From positions 448,001 through 512,000 of the forward strand of contig CAXXGO010000006.1 in the NCBI GenBank assembly GCA_963666835.2: 64,000 nt of DNA. Direction: 5' to 3'. The notes below the pieces were generated by a model, which was not told where the DNA came from, did no database searches, and worked only from the letters and a program-made list of their open reading frames with translations. This document shows positions 50,778 to 62,500 of the stretch, one piece after another (the stretch's first letter is position 1; every line of letters begins with the position of its first letter). This DNA comes from Phycisphaerae bacterium. GTDB lineage: Bacteria; Planctomycetota; Phycisphaerae; UBA1845. The translations under genes and the position numbers were made by a program.

Positions 50778-51355
50778 CGCCCCGAACGACCATTGTTTTC
50801 GACTTTGACGGGACCCTTACGAGGCCCTATTTGGATTTCGACGCCATTCGCGAGGAAATCGGGGCGGTCGCCGGTCCGATTCTCGAAGCGATGGAACTAA
50901 TGGACGCGGACCGCCGGCACCGGGCGGAGCAAATCCTGCTGCGGCACGAGTGGGATGCAGCGCGCAACGCGGAACTGCAGCCGGGGGCGGCCGAGACGAT
51001 CGCAGCGCTACGATCCCGGGGGTTGCCGGTGGCAATCCTCACCCGAAACGCCCGGGATACCGTCAAGCTTGTGCTCGACAGCCACCACCTCGTCATCGAT
51101 GCGATGCGGACGCGCGAGGACGGGGCCATCAAGCCCTCGCCGGACGGAATCCTCTCCATCTGTGCCGAGTTGGGCACCGATCCGCGAAACGGATGGATGA
51201 TCGGAGACTATCGGTTTGATATCCTGACCGGCAAGGCGGCGGGGACTCAAACGGTACTCATGATCGGTGACGGCGGCGAGCCAGACTACGCCCATGAAGC
51301 GGATTACGTCATCCGCCGGCTCGAGGAGCTGTTGCCCCTGGTCTGCCGGCAATGA
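50774..51355 (+). CDS. HAD family hydrolase
   Basis: FDFDGTL, LTRN, KPSPDG, MIGDYRFD; GTGA overlap with the GNAT gene. Confidence 0.93.
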   Translation: MTPRTTIVFDFDGTLTRPYLDFDAIREEIGAVAGPILEAMELMDADRRHRAEQILLRHEWDAARNAELQPGAAETIAALRSRGLPVAILTRNARDTVKLVLDSHHLVIDAMRTREDGAIKPSPDGILSICAELGTDPRNGWMIGDYRFDILTGKAAGTQTVLMIGDGGEPDYAHEADYVIRRLEELLPLVCRQ

Positions 51356-51775
51356 CTGAGTAGGTCGGGATAAGCCCAATGGAACTAACCTTAGCAGACG
51401 AGACGAGAAAGTTCTCTCTGATGTGCGGACTGCGTCCCGTCCGAGTACGCCAACGAGACGTTCCGTCCTCCAGCCCAGGGTTGCCGCGTAGCGGCTACCC
51501 TGGGATTACGGTCAGATGGGAGGCCTACCCCGACGGGGTTGCGGCACAGTGGCGAGACCTCCGATGCCAATTGCTGTCGGCGGTGTGTGGCCATTCGGAC
51601 AATCTCTGAAACCATTCGCCGGCCCTTCGGGCCGGGAGCACGTGGGGAGCGATCTCACCCACGGGCTCCGCTTCGCTCCACCCGTGGCTACTTGCCTTCG
51701 TCCCTTCGGGACGATTGGTCGCATGGCGGCCTGACAGAGGTTCGTACCATTGAGCAGAGCCCGACCTACTTGGCT
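51354..51775. repeat. Composite repeat bounded by inverted AGTAGGTCGGG ends
   Basis: GACTGAGTAGGTCGGG at 51354 and CCCGACCTACTTGGCT ending at 51775; 51359-51536 is roughly 90% identical to the reverse complement of 55447-55622. Confidence 0.85.
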
Positions 51776-51805
51776 TGGCTTAATAAATACGTGACTGTCC
51801 CGGGT

Positions 51806-52150
51806 TTACGCGGTATTGCCGTCTTCTGAATTCTGTGACGCCCCTTCCGTGCTCGCACTCCGCCCAGCACCACCACCCTCCGGCCACTTCCGCCAAAGAG
51901 CAACGCAGGTGGCCGTCAGAACCACCGATACCAGAATGTCGTACGTAATTGCCTGCTTGAAGATCGTTCGCCACAACGGCCACCGGGCTCCATACGTGTA
52001 CCACATACTCGACCAACACGACAGCTCGGAATCGGCCATAACCAGCAGGGGGAACATGAGAAGAAAACTGCCCAGCGTAGGCCTGCGCCACGCGACTACA
52101 AAACACGTAATCACTACAATCGTCGCATTGTAGATCTTGAAACCTGTCAT
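51806..52150 (-). CDS. Small hypothetical membrane protein
   Basis: AAAGGGGA RBS, ATG 52150, three hydrophobic segments; lower GC than its neighbours. Confidence 0.55.
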   Translation of the reverse strand: MTGFKIYNATIVVITCFVVAWRRPTLGSFLLMFPLLVMADSELSCWSSMWYTYGARWPLWRTIFKQAITYDILVSVVLTATCVALWRKWPEGGGAGRSASTEGASQNSEDGNTA

Positions 52151-52259
52151 CGTCCCGTCCCCCTTTCCTAACGGTGGTCGCCTCGCGCGCGGACACACGT
52201 GTTAGATCCACAACCGACTGAGTAGGTCGGGCGCTGCTCCGAACCGCGTCTGCGCCTCC

Positions 52260-53294
52260 TTACTCGGTCGAGCTTCCCAGCTCCTTGCTTGACCGCTCGG
52301 CGACTCGGGCGCGCTGCTCGGACGTGGGGACGCGCTCAACTCTCTCCTTCAGCTCGGCGAACATGTCGTCCACGGGGCCGTACAGCTCGGTGGCCGACAC
52401 CTTTATCTCTGCCAGCGACGCGTCACTGCCATCGTTCTCCCGAATGCGCTGCTCGAGGCGGGCAATGTCCTCGCGCCGCCGATCGCGATGGGCCAAGGCC
52501 CGCTGTTTCAGTTCGACCAGACATGAAGAAACGGCGTCGCGCTGGGCGTCGCCCAAACCATACATTCTGATGAACCGGGCAACGTATTCATCCCAAGCTT
52601 CCAACTCCAGAGCGATTTGATCGACCGGGACGGCGGCCTCCTCGCTCGGCGGGGCGGCGGGTGCGGATGCCTTCGCCCGAGCCGGCTCCGTCTGCTGATC
52701 GCGCTTCTTCTCTTGCTCCCGGAGGCGCTGGGACCGCGGCGGGATCCAAACCTCCCGGGGGTCGAAGTCCCCCTCCCGCCATTGGTGGAGCTTGCCCTCG
52801 GCCACCCTCATCCCGACCCCGAACTTCATCACCTCGATTTCGAACTTGGCTCGCTGCAACGGGCTCAGGGCATCTCTCAGGTCCTCGGTGCCCGCGTCAA
52901 GCTCCGCGCGACACTGCCGGAATACCGGTTCGACCCGCCGCGCCCAGTCCTGCACGGCCTCCTTCGACGGCGGATCGACCGCCATCCTCATCTCGAGGAA
53001 CTCGTTAACCAGCGGTTGGATGGTTGTGCGGTTATCGTTCAGAAACCGGCCCCAACGCCGGCCGATCGCCTCGCGCACTTCAACCCGCTGCTCGGCGTCT
53101 AGTTCGAACTTGTCACTGAGATTGTCCGCCCAGCGCGTGAGCAGAGAGTCCATCAGCTTGGGCGTGGGCCAGATCCCCGCCACCGGCTCCGGCCGCACCG
53201 GGCCGACGAACTCGTCAGCAGGAACCACTTGCGCGGCCGCCGCACCGGCAAACAGGGTCAATACCGCCATTGCAGGGGCTGTTATCACCGACAT
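52260..53294 (-). CDS. Exported helical hypothetical protein
   Basis: GGGAG RBS; signal MSVITAPAMAVLTLFAGAAAA-Q; Spy/CpxP-like LDAEQR and LSPLQRAKF repeats. Confidence 0.75.
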   Translation of the reverse strand: MSVITAPAMAVLTLFAGAAAAQVVPADEFVGPVRPEPVAGIWPTPKLMDSLLTRWADNLSDKFELDAEQRVEVREAIGRRWGRFLNDNRTTIQPLVNEFLEMRMAVDPPSKEAVQDWARRVEPVFRQCRAELDAGTEDLRDALSPLQRAKFEIEVMKFGVGMRVAEGKLHQWREGDFDPREVWIPPRSQRLREQEKKRDQQTEPARAKASAPAAPPSEEAAVPVDQIALELEAWDEYVARFIRMYGLGDAQRDAVSSCLVELKQRALAHRDRRREDIARLEQRIRENDGSDASLAEIKVSATELYGPVDDMFAELKERVERVPTSEQRARVAERSSKELGSSTE

Positions 53295-53414
53295 GTTGGC
53301 TTGCTCCCTTCTACGCCGCCATTCGTTCGAGACCAACCCGCGGGGAAACCGGCGACAGCTCCGGCCACTGACTCGCCGATACAAGCTCAAGGTCACTGGA
53401 ACCGGGATATCCGC

Positions 53415-54176
53415 ATGGACGTGCAGAACATTGTCTCAATTGTCGTGCCTACGTTCAACCGCCTCGGGCGGCTCCAGCATTGCATCGACAGAATCCGACG
53501 GAATGTTACCCATCCGCGCGAGGTAATCGTGGTCGACGGCGGATCCACCGACGGCACCCGCGAATGGCTCGCTGATCGGAGCGAACTGCGCGTGATTCTG
53601 GAACCCGAGCGTGAAGGGGCGGTCAGGGCATTCAATAAGGGGTTCCGGGCGGCGACGGGCCACTACGTCATGTGGCTCAACGATGATGCCTATCCACTAC
53701 CCGGCAGCGTATCGGCGGCCGTGGCTTTCCTTGAACGCCCCGACCTGGCCGACGTGGGTATGGTGGCTTTCTATCATCAATGGCACAGCCCGCGGAATGT
53801 GCTCGATCGGGTCGAGCATGAGGGCACATCGTACGAATTGTGCCACGTCCGCGGGTATCCCTACGCGAATTTCGGTCTGCTCCGTCGGACGTTGCTCGAG
53901 GAGGTCGGCTACGCGGATGAACGGTACTACTTCTTTGCGTTCGACCCGGACCTGTCACTGAAGATCCAGCTCGACCGCGGGCTGAAGGTCATCGGCTGCC
54001 GCAGGGCGCTCATTGCCCACGAGGAACATCACGACGAGCGTAAGCGCGAGGATCTGAGCCGCGGCGACGAGGACAATGCCAAACTGTTTGCCAAGTGGAA
54101 TCTGCCGCCACGCGGTGCGTATGCCGACCCAAGCTCCGCCTATCGGCAAATGCTCCAAGAGCGCGGACTGCTCTGA
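53415..54176 (+). CDS. Glycosyltransferase family 2
   Basis: VSIVVPTFNR, VIVVDGGSTDGT, AFNKG, WLNDD. Confidence 0.93.
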   Translation: MDVQNIVSIVVPTFNRLGRLQHCIDRIRRNVTHPREVIVVDGGSTDGTREWLADRSELRVILEPEREGAVRAFNKGFRAATGHYVMWLNDDAYPLPGSVSAAVAFLERPDLADVGMVAFYHQWHSPRNVLDRVEHEGTSYELCHVRGYPYANFGLLRRTLLEEVGYADERYYFFAFDPDLSLKIQLDRGLKVIGCRRALIAHEEHHDERKREDLSRGDEDNAKLFAKWNLPPRGAYADPSSAYRQMLQERGLL

Positions 54177-54276
54177 GGACCGCCCGGGCTACATGCCAAC
54201 GTTCCTAAAGGGATTGCCTATCGGCCAAAGGCGGGTCGCTCACGCTCGCCGTACTGAGGGGGCATCGCAGGCGCGT

Positions 54277-54364
54277 GTAGGGCACGGTCGAGGCACGAGA
54301 CCTGCCACAATGCCGCGTATCGCGCGAAGACCACGTAGGGCACGGTCGAGGGACGAGACCTGCC
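54277..54364 (+). repeat. Two direct REP-A copies
   Basis: Copies at 54277-54306 and 54335-54364. Confidence 0.9.
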
Positions 54365-54534
54365 ATCGACGTCGCAATGGGCCGAGTCGCACGAAGATGT
54401 GCCACGTGCGTGTCTCGCGGAACCAGCCCGCCAGGGCGACAGCTCTGCCTAGGCCCGCGGCGTGAGTCCTCGTTGTTCTACATATCATTCGACCCATCCA
54501 CCAACTGTAGCCGGCTGTCGATCTCGATTCTCCA

Positions 54535-54725
54535 GCCCGAAGGGCTTAAATGAAGTAGCCGGGGGGCAAGTCCGCCATCGGCGGACGCCGCCCACGGACG
54601 CGCTCCCCGCAACCAGTCTGCCCCTGAAAGGGTCAAGTGCCTTCGGCAAATGTGTTTCGCCATGACTTCTGACGCATTCTCAAAAAGCGCTGGGCAGCCG
54701 CAACAGATGCGCGGTTCATCGACAC
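54535..54725 (-). repeat. Truncated copy of the palindromic element at 16035-16330
   Basis: Its reverse complement matches 16141-16330; the other arm is absent and an HTH gene sits in its place. Confidence 0.8.
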
Positions 54726-54733
54726 CTTCTCTT

Positions 54734-55156
54734 TCACTCTGTGAGGAGTTGTTTTTGAAGGCCGAACTCTTCGATGACACGTTGCACGCTCCGTATGCTG
54801 ATGGTCCAGCCACTCTGCGTGAGCTTCTGGGCAATGACTTCGGCGGAGGCTTGGGGGTCGAGGAAGCGGTGCCGGATGACTTGGCGAAGGACTTCGGCTG
54901 TGCGACGGTATTGGGTTTTCGGTCCGCGTTTGCGGCTTTGCAGTGCGCTGCTACCGGATTCGCGGAACGCGGCGCGCAACTGAAAGTAGCGTTGCTTGCT
55001 GAAGCCGAACTTCTGTGCAGCCTTGGTGGGGCCGAGGCCTTCGCATTCGCCTTCCAGCAACATGCAGAGTTTACGTGTCATCTCATCGTCGTCGCGTACG
55101 GGGAGCGTCCCGGCGCGGCCCACCAACGCCTGTCGTGCCTGGTCGAAGTTGGTCAT
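54734..55156 (-). mobile_element. IS-associated helix-turn-helix ORF with no partner transposase (remnant)
   Basis: GGAGGA RBS; AAQKFGFSKQRYFQLRAAFRESGSSALQSRKRGPK and ISIRSVQRVI are typical of transposase HTH modules; no DDE ORF adjacent. Confidence 0.7.
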
Positions 55157-55446
55157 TGCATGATCCTCCATGACTTCGCCGTCGCGTCGAGGTCCAGTGA
55201 CGCAACTGTCCACGGTGGAGGTTACCATACCCAGGCCGAAAAGTCTGATCATTTATGGCGTCTCCGTTAGCCCGTCCGGGGTATCTCTCCAGTATTGCTG
55301 GTGATCGCGAACTCTCAGGCGGAGAATGGCGGGTCTCGGACGCCGGAAGTCTCTTTGCCCCCGTAACATGAAACCGCAGCTCACGAACGAATCAACGAAT
55401 CGCAGGAGGATGATAGGAACAATCAACTAGCCCCAGAAAACCTCTG

Positions 55447-55627
55447 CCGTCGGGGTAAGCCTCCCATCTGACCGTAATCCCCCGGTAGCCGCTAGGCGGC
55501 AACCCTGGGCTGGAGGACACAGCGCCGTTGGCGTACTCGGACGGGACGCAGTCCGCACATCAGAGAGGACTTTCTCGTCTCGTCTGCCAAGGTTAGTTCC
55601 ATTGGGCTTTGCCCGACCTACTTGGCT
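55447..55627 (-). repeat. Inverted copy of the 51359-51536 element
   Basis: By-eye alignment over about 178 bp. Confidence 0.88.
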
Positions 55628-55637
55628 ATTCCCTTTC

Positions 55638-58600
55638 CTACGGGCAGTCCGCCGGTTGCGGGAACGGGTACGGGTCGCCCACGAATGCACTTACCGCACG
55701 CTGGACGTCGGTCATATTGACAATGGCGTTCGGGGTCACCGGGTCGAGGTCCGTCCATGCCAGCGGTGGTGCGGTCGGCGCGACTGAGAAGCACTGCAAG
55801 ATCGCCTGGATGTCGCTCATGTTCACGGTTCCGTTGGGTCCTGTCCAGGCGTAATCCGAGAATCCGCCCACCACGTCGGCCCAGAACTTAGGAGCCGGCT
55901 CGAGGATCGTCTCTACCGAGAAGGGATCGTTGAAGATTACACCGTCCTGCGTAGTGCGAATCTCATAGGTTCCGGTCGGCGCTATCGGGCAATCGGCGAC
56001 GTGGACCAACCTCGAATCCCCACTCCAATCGCGGAACACGGGGGTACCGGAAAGTCGGGCCACGCCGTCACTGTCGGGCACGTCCACCCACCAACTTGCG
56101 CCGACCGAATCGGGAAACTTCTCGCTAGCGGTCAGGGTGACCTGGTACGCCAGGATATCACTCCCGGCCACGAGCCCGAAGGAGATATACCGGTTCTTGC
56201 GAACCTCGCAATCGTCCGGGACACCGTCGCCGTTGCCGTCGGTTGCGGTGCCGGCGGCGATATCACATTCGTCCGGGACCGAGTTATCGTTGCAGTCCGG
56301 GCTCCATCCGTCTTCCACATCGCAGACGTCTTCGACGTTGTTGGCGTTGCAGTCCGAGGTCAGCGTACCGAGTGCGCAGGAACCATCGGGCATGCACGAC
56401 TCGGCCCCGTTGCACACGTCACCGTCGTCGCAATGGGCGTCCGTGAGGCAATTGACACACTGGTGGTCCGCTTCGCGGCAGAACTGCCCGGGGCACGGCA
56501 GCTCACCACCGGCGCAGGCTCCTTCGATACAGGATTCGACCGCCGTGCAGAACAAGTCGTCGTCGCAGTCGTCGTCGTAAGTGCATTCAAAGCATGAGCA
56601 GTTCTCTTCATCGCACCATTCCGGCCGCCCGCAGCGTGGCGTTCCCGGTTGGCAGGTCCCCGTCGTATCACAGAACTCCGTCCCGTTGCAGAACACATCA
56701 TCGCTGCAGACCCCACACGCATCACATTCATCGGGAACGCCGTTATCGTCGAGATCCACGCTGGTTCCCTGAGCGAGGTCGCAAACGTCGAGAGTGCTGT
56801 TGTTGTTGCAGTCAAAGATCCCCTCGTTGCCAATGCAATAACGCAAAGCATTGCGCATCAGCGTCATACCGTAGCTTGCGTCATACTTCCAATTGCCAGT
56901 GTACCAGGCCCATAGATCGTTGATGAACACGGCTTTTCCGGAACCGTAGTTATCGGTGACGGCCATAGGAACGCCGTCGTCCCAACTCAGGGCCACCTCG
57001 GCTCCCGGCTTCAATACGGGTGTCGTGGACCATCCCTCGAGCGCGGACGTTGCCGCAAGACCGTAAACAAGTGGGCTGGTCCAGTCGACAACCGTCGTTC
57101 CGGCGCGACGCTCCCACCCCTCCGCGCTTTCTATGGGAGACAGTGGGGAGTTATATGGGAAGCGGCTATAGAGGCCGGGTATGAACACAACACCACCGCC
57201 ATATAATACGTATGTTTCTATCACCCCGACTTCAGATGGCCATGCTTCACTAATCAGCACCAGGGTGTCGTACTCGTTCAACCCTCCGGCGGCCTCTATG
57301 CTGTTCTCTACCGTCACTTCGTACCCCAGGTCGGTTAATCCCATAAGGAAACTCGGAGAGGCCTGATTTGGAAGGGCTTTAACGAGGATTTTCGGTGGGC
57401 ACTCGCACTCGTCCGGAACACCGCTTGAGTTGCAGTCGACGCTTGCGCCGGCCGAAATGTCGCACTCATCAGGTATGGCGTTTCCATTGCAGTCCGGGCT
57501 GGTTCCATACGCGATATCGCATGTATCCCAGTAGCTGTTTTCGTTGCAGTCGGTGCTAGTGTCCTGGCACGCATCGGGCACGCCGTTTGCGTCACAATCC
57601 TCCGCGCCGGCGGCGATATCGCATTCATCGGGGATACCGTTGACGTTGCAGTCTGGGCTGGTACCTTCCGCCACGTCACATTCGTCCGGCGTTGCGTTAT
57701 CGTTGCAATCGGCGCTCGTCCCCTCGACGATGTCCGATACATCGGGGACTCCATTGCTATTGCAGTCCGGTTCGCACTCGTCTGGAATCATGTTTCCGTT
57801 AGTGTCCTCGCTGGTGCCAAAGAGAATATCGCAGGAATCCGCAATACCATTGGTGTTACAGTCTCTTTCGCACTCGTCCGGCATGCCGTTGCCCGTGCAG
57901 TCCTCGCTGGTACCGCCGGCGATGTCGACCTCGTCGCCGATCCCGTTCCCATTGCAGTCGATCACCTGCATCGCGTTGAGCACGCCGCCGGTCATGGTGA
58001 TCTTGGACAGCGCTTCAACCGGGCGCACGCCTAACAGAATGTAGTTCTTGACCTTCGACCACGTCCAATCGGGATGCCGGCTCATGACCAAGGCGGCTAC
58101 TCCAGCCACGTGCGGAGCAGCCATCGAAGTGCCGTCGAGGTAATCGTAAGTTGCTCCCGTCGTAGTGCTGTAGACGTTCACCCCCGGAGCTCCGAGGTCC
58201 ACGGTGGTCGCACCGAAGTTCGACGTGTCCCCGTTCGGAAAGACCCCGAGAAGGTCATCATTGTCGGTGGCGGCTACGGAGATGATGTTGGGCAGGTCGT
58301 AGGCAGCGGGATAGTGCGGGTAGCTGTCGGTGTTCGTGCTGTCGTTGCCGGCCGCCGCGACAAAGATGTGCCCGATGGCCTGCGCCGCTGCGATCGTGTC
58401 ACGCAACGCGTCCGAGTAAGCCCTACCGCCCCAACTGTTGTTCGAAAGCCGAATGCCCTTGTCAATCGCGTATTCCATCGCCCGGATGGCATCGGAGGCA
58501 CCGCCTCACCCACCGCCCCCAAGGAACCGCAAAGCCACGATCTGCCCGTGCCAGTTTACGCCGGCGACCCCCTCTCCGTTGTTCGCGACCGCTGCGATAG

Positions 58601-59306
58601 TCCCGGCCACATGGGTGCCGTGGTCACTCGTATCCATTGGGTCGCTGTCTTCATCGTAGAAGTCATAGCCGTGGATGTCGTCGATGTAGCCGTTGCTGTC
58701 GTCGTCGATTCCGTTCCCGGCGATCTCGTCGGGGTTAGTCCAGATGTTCGCCTGCAGATCGGGGTGGAGATAGTCGACACCCGTATCGATAACCGCGATG
58801 CGGAAGTCCGGATCCCCGGTCCACACGTTCCACGCCCCAAGAACACTGATGTCGGCCCCCGGCGTGCCGGCATCGCCATTGACGGTTTGCCCCGTATTGT
58901 GCATCCCCCAAAGTTCGCCGAAATCTGAGTCGTTGGGGACGTCGGTGGCACAAACACGGTAGTCCGGCTCCGCGTACAGAACGTCCGGGTGCTTCTCGTA
59001 GGAAGCAAGAGCATCGGCCAGCTTGGCCTCCGCCACGTCCACGAGTTGCAAACCCGGCACGATGCGGTATTCCCGCAAAACACCTTTTACCTGGGCCGCT
59101 GCGTGCGCGGCTTGCTTATCCGCACGGCCCGCGACAGAGCGGAACCGCACCAGAAGTCGCTCGGGGTGATAGGGCTTGTCGTTCTTCTGGATACACGCTT
59201 CGCCCGATTTGTTTGCGGGTACCTGCCCGAAGTCCACGTCCGCCCGCACAGCCGATGCGAAGAACGCAACCGGCACCAAAGCCAGCACGAATCTGATGGA
59301 TGACAT
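55638..59306 (-). pseudogene. S8 subtilase with Cys/Asp repeats and a dockerin-like tail, interrupted by an in-frame TGA at 58506-58508 (nonsense allele or read-through)
   Basis: Track ORFs 58506-59306 and 55638-58478 share one frame; the junction reads LRFLGGGG*GGASDAIRAMEYA. IDTG and HGTHVAG lie before the stop; NNSWG, AAAGN and GTSMAAP lie after it. DCNxNGxPDECD repeats follow. Confidence 0.85.
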
Positions 59307-59560
59307 CGCACTTCCTCCGAGAGTGACGCCGCCGCGACCGGCCGGGCGACGAAGCCCCTACCGAGGCCGCGAGGTGAATGAGACACTATGATACCGGACA
59401 TACGCGAGGAATTCAACAGTTTTTAAGTTCCCACTGGGGGATTGTTGGGGTAAGCTGCCCGCCCGTCCGCATGCCTTGCTCTTCCCACGGGGCACGATCC
59501 AGCCGATGACCCACGCTCAGGCAGCTAATATCGGTCCTTTGGGGTGCCGATCAACTCAAC

Positions 59561-62500
59561 GTGGGATTACTGCGCGTACCGAATCTGCGACCCGCGACCT
59601 ACGCAGCGTTTTTCTTGATCGCGATAGCCACATTGAACACCGGATGTGGCAACATAGCGTGTGCGCTGTTACCCGCCTCCCCGCCAACCGCGGTCATCAG
59701 TGCGGACCGGCATCGGCTCTCGCAGGCTCCGGGTTCATCCCTGGAAACCCAGCTAAGTGTATCCCCCGTAAAGGGTCTGCCTCCGTACAGCTTCGAATGG
59801 TCCGTAGTCGACCCGGCGGGGAGCCGGGCGGAGGTGCTTCTGGATTCTACGGACACCGCCTCGACCAACTTCACTGCCGGCGAGATTGAGGGCCCTTACG
59901 AGGTCTTTTGCACGGTCACCGATTCTTGCGGGCGGGCGTACACGGCAGGTGTGGTCTTACACGTCGGTGGTCAGGTCGGCCTGGACATCAGCACGGAACG
60001 CGTGGGGGTCGTTGCGGGCGGCGGGGTCGAGGGTCAGACTACCATTCAACTGAGCCCCAGCGCCGGAATACCGCCGTTCGACGTCAGTTGGACCTGCACA
60101 CGGCCGGACGGGCACGTGGACAATGACCGGCTCGACACCACGGACCCGTTGATGCCCGTCTTTACGAGCAGTGACGAGCTCGGGATCTACATCCTCACGG
60201 CCACTATAACGGACTCTTCCGGTGATACGTCGGTGGAATCCGTGATAGTCGTTGTCGGAGAGGTGCCCGGACTCGACATCACGGTTGATCGACCGTCGAT
60301 TGTGCCGGGCGGAGGCGAGGACGGGATGGCCCGCCTGCTGGCGACCCCGATCGGTGGTGTTGAACCCATTACGTACGACTGGGAGATCATCGATTCGCAA
60401 GGTGAGATCCGCAACGAGTTGCTCTGGGACACCACGGCGCGTTCTCCCGTCTTCCAGAGTCCGGACGAAACCGGGACGTACCTGGCACGGTGTGCAGCTA
60501 CTGATGTCGATGGCGTTGTGCTCATTGGCTCGACGACCATCCAGGTCGGCCGCCAGGTAACCGTGAATGTAGAGTCGGATCGGATGACGCTTCCGGCGGG
60601 CGAGTCGGACGGTGCTGAGGCCGCGCTTACCGCAGAGGTCCTGGGGGGGAGCGATCCCGTTGACGTGGAGTGGGCGGTCAGCGGGCCGAACGGGCGCGAT
60701 TACACCGACCTGCTTGATCGCGACGACGGGATGCAGGTCGTTCTTGCCCCGGGTACCGTACCTGGTCTGTACGCGGTCCGCTGCACCGTTACCGATGCCG
60801 ACGGCGTGTCAGCCGCTGATACGGTGGTTCTGACCATGGGGGGGACCCTGGGTTTGCTGGTTACCGCAGACCGAACGTCTCTAGCGACGGGCGGCGGGTC
60901 GCTATACGGGTCATCCGAGCTGACGGCAACGACTCACGGCGGAGCCTCGCCCTACACGTATTCCTGGTCCGTGGTTGATCCCTCCGGAAATCAGGCCTCG
61001 GCCCGCTTGGATAGCACCAATCGAGACAGCACCACGTTCACCAGTTCGTCGACGGTCGGGCTTCACACGGTAATGTGTACCGTGACGGATGCTCTCGGCG
61101 ACGTGGCGGCTGATTCCATCGCGATAGTCGTGGGGCAGCCTCTCAACGTCGATGTGACCGTCGATAGGCAGTCTCTGGTGCCGGGCGGCGGCGTCAGCGG
61201 ACAAGCTCAGCTACTCACCACCGTGAACGGTGGCGCGGCGCCGTACAGTTATACCTGGACGGTGCGCGATCCGGATGGAGTGGCGGCTCCGGCGCGGCTC
61301 AGCGACCTGACGGCCGCGACGCCGGTATTCACCAGCGCTGCGATCACCGGGACCTATCGACTCACCCTGACTACTTCCGACGCGACCGGAGTGGTGTTCG
61401 TTGATTCGGCCGAGGTGGTCGTCAGCGGGTCCAGCCTGGGCACGGCCGGGTTCTCTGTTGATGTTGCTACTAACCGGCTGACGATCGCCCCGTCCGGAGG
61501 GACCGCAACGCTTACCGCGTTCGTTACGGGAGGTATCGCCCCGATTACCTACGCCTGGACGATTACCGATCCCAGCGGCGCAGTAGACAACACGCGGATA
61601 GACTCGACGAGCAACTTCACGGCGACCTTCACTAGTGCGGCCATGCACGGGACCTATCGGGCGGTGTGCATTGCGACCGACGACTCCGGCAGCACCTTCA
61701 CCGACAGCGTGCAACTGACCGTGTCGGACGCTTTCACGCTCGATGTATCGAGTGATGTCACCCATGTGTCGCCCGGAGGAACGGTCAATCTCCTCGCCGA
61801 CCACAGCGGCGGCAGTCCCAACTTCACGTATCTGTGGAGCTGCGTGGATGATAGCAGCGTCGCCTCGGGCACCTTCGGCAGCGGCGCTACCGGAGTGGGA
61901 GCCGCCTTGCAGACCGTTGCCAATGACGCCACGAACACCTGGACCGCCCCGGCAGCGGGGCCGGGCACGCTGGGAAGTTATCGCCTGTCGGTTATCGCCA
62001 CGGACGCCGGTGGACACAGCTTCGTCGACACCGTGATGATCACCGTAACCGACGCCTTCTCACTTGACGTGTCGGCCTCCGCTACCCATGTCAGCCCGGG
62101 AGGCTCCGTTAACCTCAGCGCAGATCGAACCGGAGGAAGTTCCGATTTCACGTTTGCGTTCTCCGCCGTGAATGCCGGCAATGCCGCCTCCGGCACGTTC
62201 ACTACCGGCTCGACGGGGGTAGGCGCGGCCAGCATCGTCGCGGCCGATGACACTACGAACGTGTGGACCGCGCCGAACAGCGGGGCGGGGACCTTGGGAA
62301 CCTACCGGATTATCATAACCGCTACGGACGCCGGCGGAGTCAGCTTTACGGATACCGTGCATGTCGTCGTTTCCGATCCGTTTTCCGTTAATGTGACGGC
62401 CAACGGTACGGTTGCGGCACCCGGCACGGCCACTACCGTTACTGCCGACCGGTCCGGGGGAGAAACGACTTTCTCGTATGTCTGGAGCGCGGCGGATTCC

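Noticed and set aside
58478..58508. Frameshift, or a reassigned TGA codon
   Set aside because: Both halves of the gene share one frame, and TGA ends many ordinary genes here (manA, recQ, ribBA, HAD, GT2), so the standard code applies.
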